NCBI GenBank assembly: GCA_046563655.1
Contig: CM102286.1
Span: 8,804,001-8,868,000, forward strand
From: Yuukianura sp. NJ FZ-2021
Lineage: Eukaryota
Direction: 5' to 3'
Length of the DNA: 64,000 nucleotides
In this document: positions 60,001 to 64,000 of the stretch, piece after piece
Layout: the number at the start of each line of letters is the position of its first letter
Numbering within the stretch: the stretch's first letter is position 1
Made by a program: the position numbers and the translations under genes
The notes under the pieces: model-generated
Databases searched by the model: none
What the model was told of the DNA's origin: nothing
The model's input: the letters and a program-made list of their open reading frames with translations, nothing else

Positions 60001-61230
60001 ACATTTCCCATCACAATTGATTGTTTCACATGATTTCTGACACTTTTTAATCCTCTGTAGACAATTGAAGCATAATACGCGTCGTTTACAGTTTCTTTTC
60101 CCGAGTAATCTATTTATGTTCCGAATTCCAACAAAGTGCCAGGAATCCGTTTTTTCGTTGCACAGGAGAATTAAATTCGCGGTTTGAGCACTTACATAAT
60201 TTTTTTCAGAAATTCGAATTGGAACAATCCCCTCAAAAGAGCATGACTCAAACACATTCACCGCAACATTATTCATTTCTTCAAACTTGGAAATTTCTGT
60301 CAATGAAACTGGGTACTTTACACAATCGAAGTCGTGTAGGTGTTCAAACTGTTTGTACGACGAGGCGCGGGAAGTTTCCTTTGCAGCACGGTATAATGAG
60401 CTTAATATAGCCCACTTAAAACAGTAGTTTCCTCTAGCTTTGATATTGACAGTTGATCTTTTTGCCTGTAGAAATTTGGGAAGCTTTTTCCAAGCGCCAC
60501 CGGAGAAGGCTTGAAATCTGCCGATTCGAATATCCGCTCCGCATATTTTAGACAATTGCCACCCGGAACCATACACCTCAAAAATGCTAATGGAGTGTTC
60601 AATTTTAGAGATGCAATGCTTCAAAAATCGTCGCAAACTGTCTTGGTTGTTTAAAACATTCAACATATTAGAGTTCACCATTTTAGTCTGGTACTCATAA
60701 ATATCACTTCCGTCTTTTGAGGAACACAAATAACGCTTGAACTCCACTTTCACAGATAATTGGCATTTAATGGCTTTTAACGAAATGAGACAATCCTTGA
60801 TAATGTTTTGTATTGGAGTTTGACACTTGTAAAAATACAAGTTGAGATTACTCACTCCATTTTTAAGGCGATGACGATAGGTACGGACATAACCACGGAA
60901 GGCTTGAATTTTCTTAAATGGAAGGATTTCCAATCTCGTATTACCGCGAACATTCGAACCACCAATTTGGACTTGCTTTTTAATGAGTTTCGCAATGTGG
61001 TTGTGCACAATTTTTGAATGGACAACAGCGGAGTGATTTTCAAGAAGGAGATGTGATTGAAATATTTTGTTGCATATAACACATCGATGAACTCGTGGTG
61101 TCTTTCTTCTATTACAGTTTCTTGCACATTTTCTGCGACAGTTAGAAACATGCCGAAGGTAGTCAAGTTTCCGGTTTTCACGCTTCCCGCAAACTTCGCA
61201 AATATTAGATTTTGGCTTGATATTTTCCAT
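57049..61230 (-). CDS. polB: Protein-primed family-B DNA polymerase, 6 exons (61230-59514, 59444-59374, 59295-58653, 58578-58399, 58318-58235, 58169-57049; 1271 aa)
   Basis: Exonuclease motifs YADLES, HNFSGYD and KGVYPYDY. Polymerase motifs DMVNLYG, KLCVNAVFGK and TDTDS. All five GT-AG junctions are phase-compatible. Confidence 0.95.
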
Positions 61231-61948
61231 TTGCTCCTAAAAAATATTTTACTTGTTTGATTAAATAATACCTTTGCTCCCTCTCCTGTATTCATTGATC
61301 AATTTTAAATGAAAATAATTACAACAGATGGCGCTTGTGGTTAGATTTTTCAAAAACAAATGAAATAAAAAACAAGCTACAATCTTCAAAAATCAATTCC
61401 AAAATTTGAACAGACTCAGTTAATCCTGAAACTTGGGAATTGAATTGAAAACTTGGAAACTAGAAATTGAATTTCTTACAGATGACAAGTCTTCTTTTTC
61501 TAATTTAAGTAATTCTTCCGTAGAAAAAAAATCAATTTTCAAAATTTTAGATTTTTCTTCGATTGAACTTTGACAATTCTGGTTTTGAAAACTTCTTCTA
61601 GCGATTGAAATTTCTTCTCACTCTCATCTCTTGTTACTGCTGATGTGGCTTTAAAGAAGGTTGAAAGCCGTCTAAAAATGCTACGTCATTAGTTTTTCAT
61701 TTCATTTCAAAAAAATAATTTCCAAAAAATGAATCCAAGGACTAACTAGTATCTCTAAAATCAATTAGTATGCATTTTCACACGATTTGAAGGACTTTAA
61801 AGGACTTTTGGTTGCCGGAGACAATGCTAAAATTAAACGTAGTTTTAAGAATCAGTAAGTGTCTGAAAGCGGAAGAGCAAACATCTAATTTCAAAAAGGT
61901 TGCAATTGAAAAACGTTCATCACTTCGGTTTTGACCACGACTTCCAGC

Positions 61949-63598
61949 ATGAGTCAAAAGTTACGAAAAGGTAAGAAACCTACCTTCTTAAGTTTAGAAA
62001 GTTTATATTCTCAAAATATTTTTCAAAAAAAGTTCGTATTAACATATTTGAATAGACGTGGTGTTAATGTACGCTTGAATTATTGTTTAATCTTTTAGCA
62101 AACACAGTTGACCTTGAAGAAAAGGAAATTCCGGTAACGGATTTGACGAGTGAAGCAGAAGGAATGAGCGAAACGCAGGCAACACTTGTAGTTTCAAAGA
62201 AAATTGGCTTATCAAGAAGCCAGCAATATAAGGAAGCTGTAATTGACGCCATGAACAAATCTACTAAGGCCGCAGCCGTGGAGGTAATTTCCAAATTGAT
62301 TCCAATTGAAGTATGTATGACTTGTAGTAATACAATATTAACTCTAGTCTGATCCGGAATTTGATCCCGACGAGGAAGAGGAAGAGTCAGAGGAAGAAGA
62401 GGAAGAAGAGGAAGAGGAGAACGTCGACGACGACAGCAGTCAACATGATGCTGAGGTCAAAGTTTCAAAACTTGAAAAACAAATGAAAATCGGAAAAAAA
62501 CCAGCTTTTGTGAAGGTAAGTCACAGCTATTTCGAAACGACATAGCCTAACCTAATTAAGTTTCTCATATATTTTCCGGCTTTCAGAACTTGGCCACTGC
62601 ATTCAACGTCGTCGCTCCTTCAAAAGCAACTGGACGGAACCGACATTGCAATCTTTCTAAAAGTGTTGCTGGAACATCGAGAGCTGCTTCAAGTTCTGAA
62701 TTATCGATGGTATAAAGCGTTTAACTTTTTTAACGATAACCATAATGATAATGATCAAAATATTGACCTTGCTTAGGTGACTTATGGCCAGGGTTGCAAA
62801 AAATATTTACTAAAAACCAGCGAAATATTTAAATAAATGCAATATTTACTGAAAAAGCTGGAAATATTTACTAGCTTAACATTACGGGCATGGGGAAATA
62901 AATAAATATTTCGTAACAAAAATGCTCGAAATATTGATTTTGTTAACATTACAGGCATGGGAAGTAAATATTTTTTGCAACCCTGCTTATGGCGTTGAAC
63001 CGACTAACCAACAGAAGAGAAAAGTGGCTACGCAATCCAAAGGAGCTTCAAAGGCATCCACTGCTAAAAGAGTTCCAAAAATTGTAAGTAGATTACGGAC
63101 TTATGGGTCAGCCGATTATTTTCTATTTTAGGTAATGTCAATATTTCTTTTAATCAGGCAACGTCCCAAAGATGTCCGTCTGACGAATCGGATGATTCTT
63201 TCGATTCACCAATCGAAGTCGAAGAGGAAACGAAGCGCAGCGGAAGACGATGTAAATATATTAATTATGGTTATCATATTTCAGCAACTTTCTCTATTTT
63301 AGGTAAAGATATCAACTAATTTTCATGTATAAATTTACAGGAATTGGTGCTGGATTTTGCGCCGAGCGAGCACGGTTCGGAATCTTACAAGAAAATGCGT
63401 GAGGGGGATGTTCATATTGGACTTGGTGTTCATGTGAAATGGCATCGCTTCAAAGGGACGGATTACATTATGGTGAGACACTTTAGCAAGGGCGTTCCGG
63501 ATGGCAGACGAGGGATCAATATTGAAACTAAATATCTCCCAAATCTCAAGAAAGCAGTTGATACCGCTTATAAATGTTATTTGGAAGCCCAATCTTAA
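61949..63598 (+). pseudogene. Multi-exon gene with an acidic/basic low-complexity body and a C-terminal PC4-like ssDNA-binding domain, disrupted by a MITE
   Basis: In-frame GT-AG junctions at 61971-62098, 62284-62347, 62516-62586 and 62710-62776. The last exon has VKWHRFKGTDYIMVRHF...RRGINI. The junctions between 63084 and 63340 are ambiguous. Confidence 0.6.
62789..62985. mobile_element. hAT-type MITE (197 bp)
   Basis: Perfect 23-bp TIR CAGGGTTGCAAAAAATATTTACT and 8-bp TSD CTTATGGC (62781-62788, 62986-62993). Confidence 0.93.
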
Positions 63599-64000
63599 GT
63601 CCATCATACTTGCATTCTTGAGCGGAGCTTTTTGAATTAGAAGTTCATCCTACCAATTGTAAAAATTAATAGCAAATCTACGTTATTAACAGTTGGAAAA
63701 ATAAATTGGAACATTAAATTCGGTAATAAGATGAAATGATGTACACAACGAATTTATTCTATTTCTGTTTTGAAGAACTAATATCCGTCTTAGTTGCATT
63801 TTCACTGCAAGAGGAAAGAATACGCTGTCTTTCTTGCATATTTTTTTTGTCTCTTTTTTGATCTCTTTCAAAGCGACGGCGATGGCGAATTCGATTTTGA
63901 GTTTTGTCAGGCTTTTTCTAAAAAAAAAAGAAAAGTAAATAGATAGAAGATGCACTTGTCTACAGTTAGGTTTGCATAAGGGTGTGGCTAACATACTATT

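Larger units (their letters stand above)
49695..64000. mobile_element. Polinton/Maverick (adintovirus-like) endogenous DNA virus; right end outside the window
   Basis: RT homology stops at an AG-starting terminus (AGTGATGAGTGAGG). The hallmark gene set follows: MCP, mCP, cysteine protease, retroviral-type integrase, packaging ATPase and pPolB. Confidence 0.95.

Noticed and set aside
49695..64000. Bacterial prophage or contaminant, suggested by the overlapping genes
   Set aside because: It has spliceosomal introns, a retroviral-type integrase, an IAP gene, a nested hAT-type MITE and a direct junction into a eukaryotic retrotransposon.

Overview
This is a eukaryotic, repeat-derived (heterochromatin-like) window with no convincing ordinary host gene. 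Short AT-rich GT-AG introns and the element mix suggest an invertebrate host (inference). Bases 1-23.9 kb are a 128-bp satellite array. It carries 6 full and 2 truncated copies of a captured retrotransposon LTR plus a PBS-like tail, which act as markers of a higher-order repeat. From 23.9 kb there is a nest of mobile elements. The base layer is a decayed Ty3/Gypsy element. It is interrupted first by a candidate foldback-like TIR element. Its gag is then split by a 16.5-kb LTR element (TSD CCTTT) that encodes only Gag and a dead protease and itself contains an intact, very young BEL/Pao element (TSD ATTAG). Finally, its RT is cut at about 49695 by a Polinton/Maverick-type endogenous virus that runs off the window. 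This Polinton has major and minor capsid, adenain-like protease, integrase, packaging ATPase and protein-primed PolB genes. The most notable signal is that several of its genes are split by short spliceosomal introns that I could splice in frame by hand: 5 in PolB, 1 in the ATPase, 2 in a BIR+RING inhibitor-of-apoptosis gene hidden from the ORF track, and several in a PC4-like gene disrupted by a hAT-type MITE. All protein assignments come from motif recognition by eye; no database searches were run.
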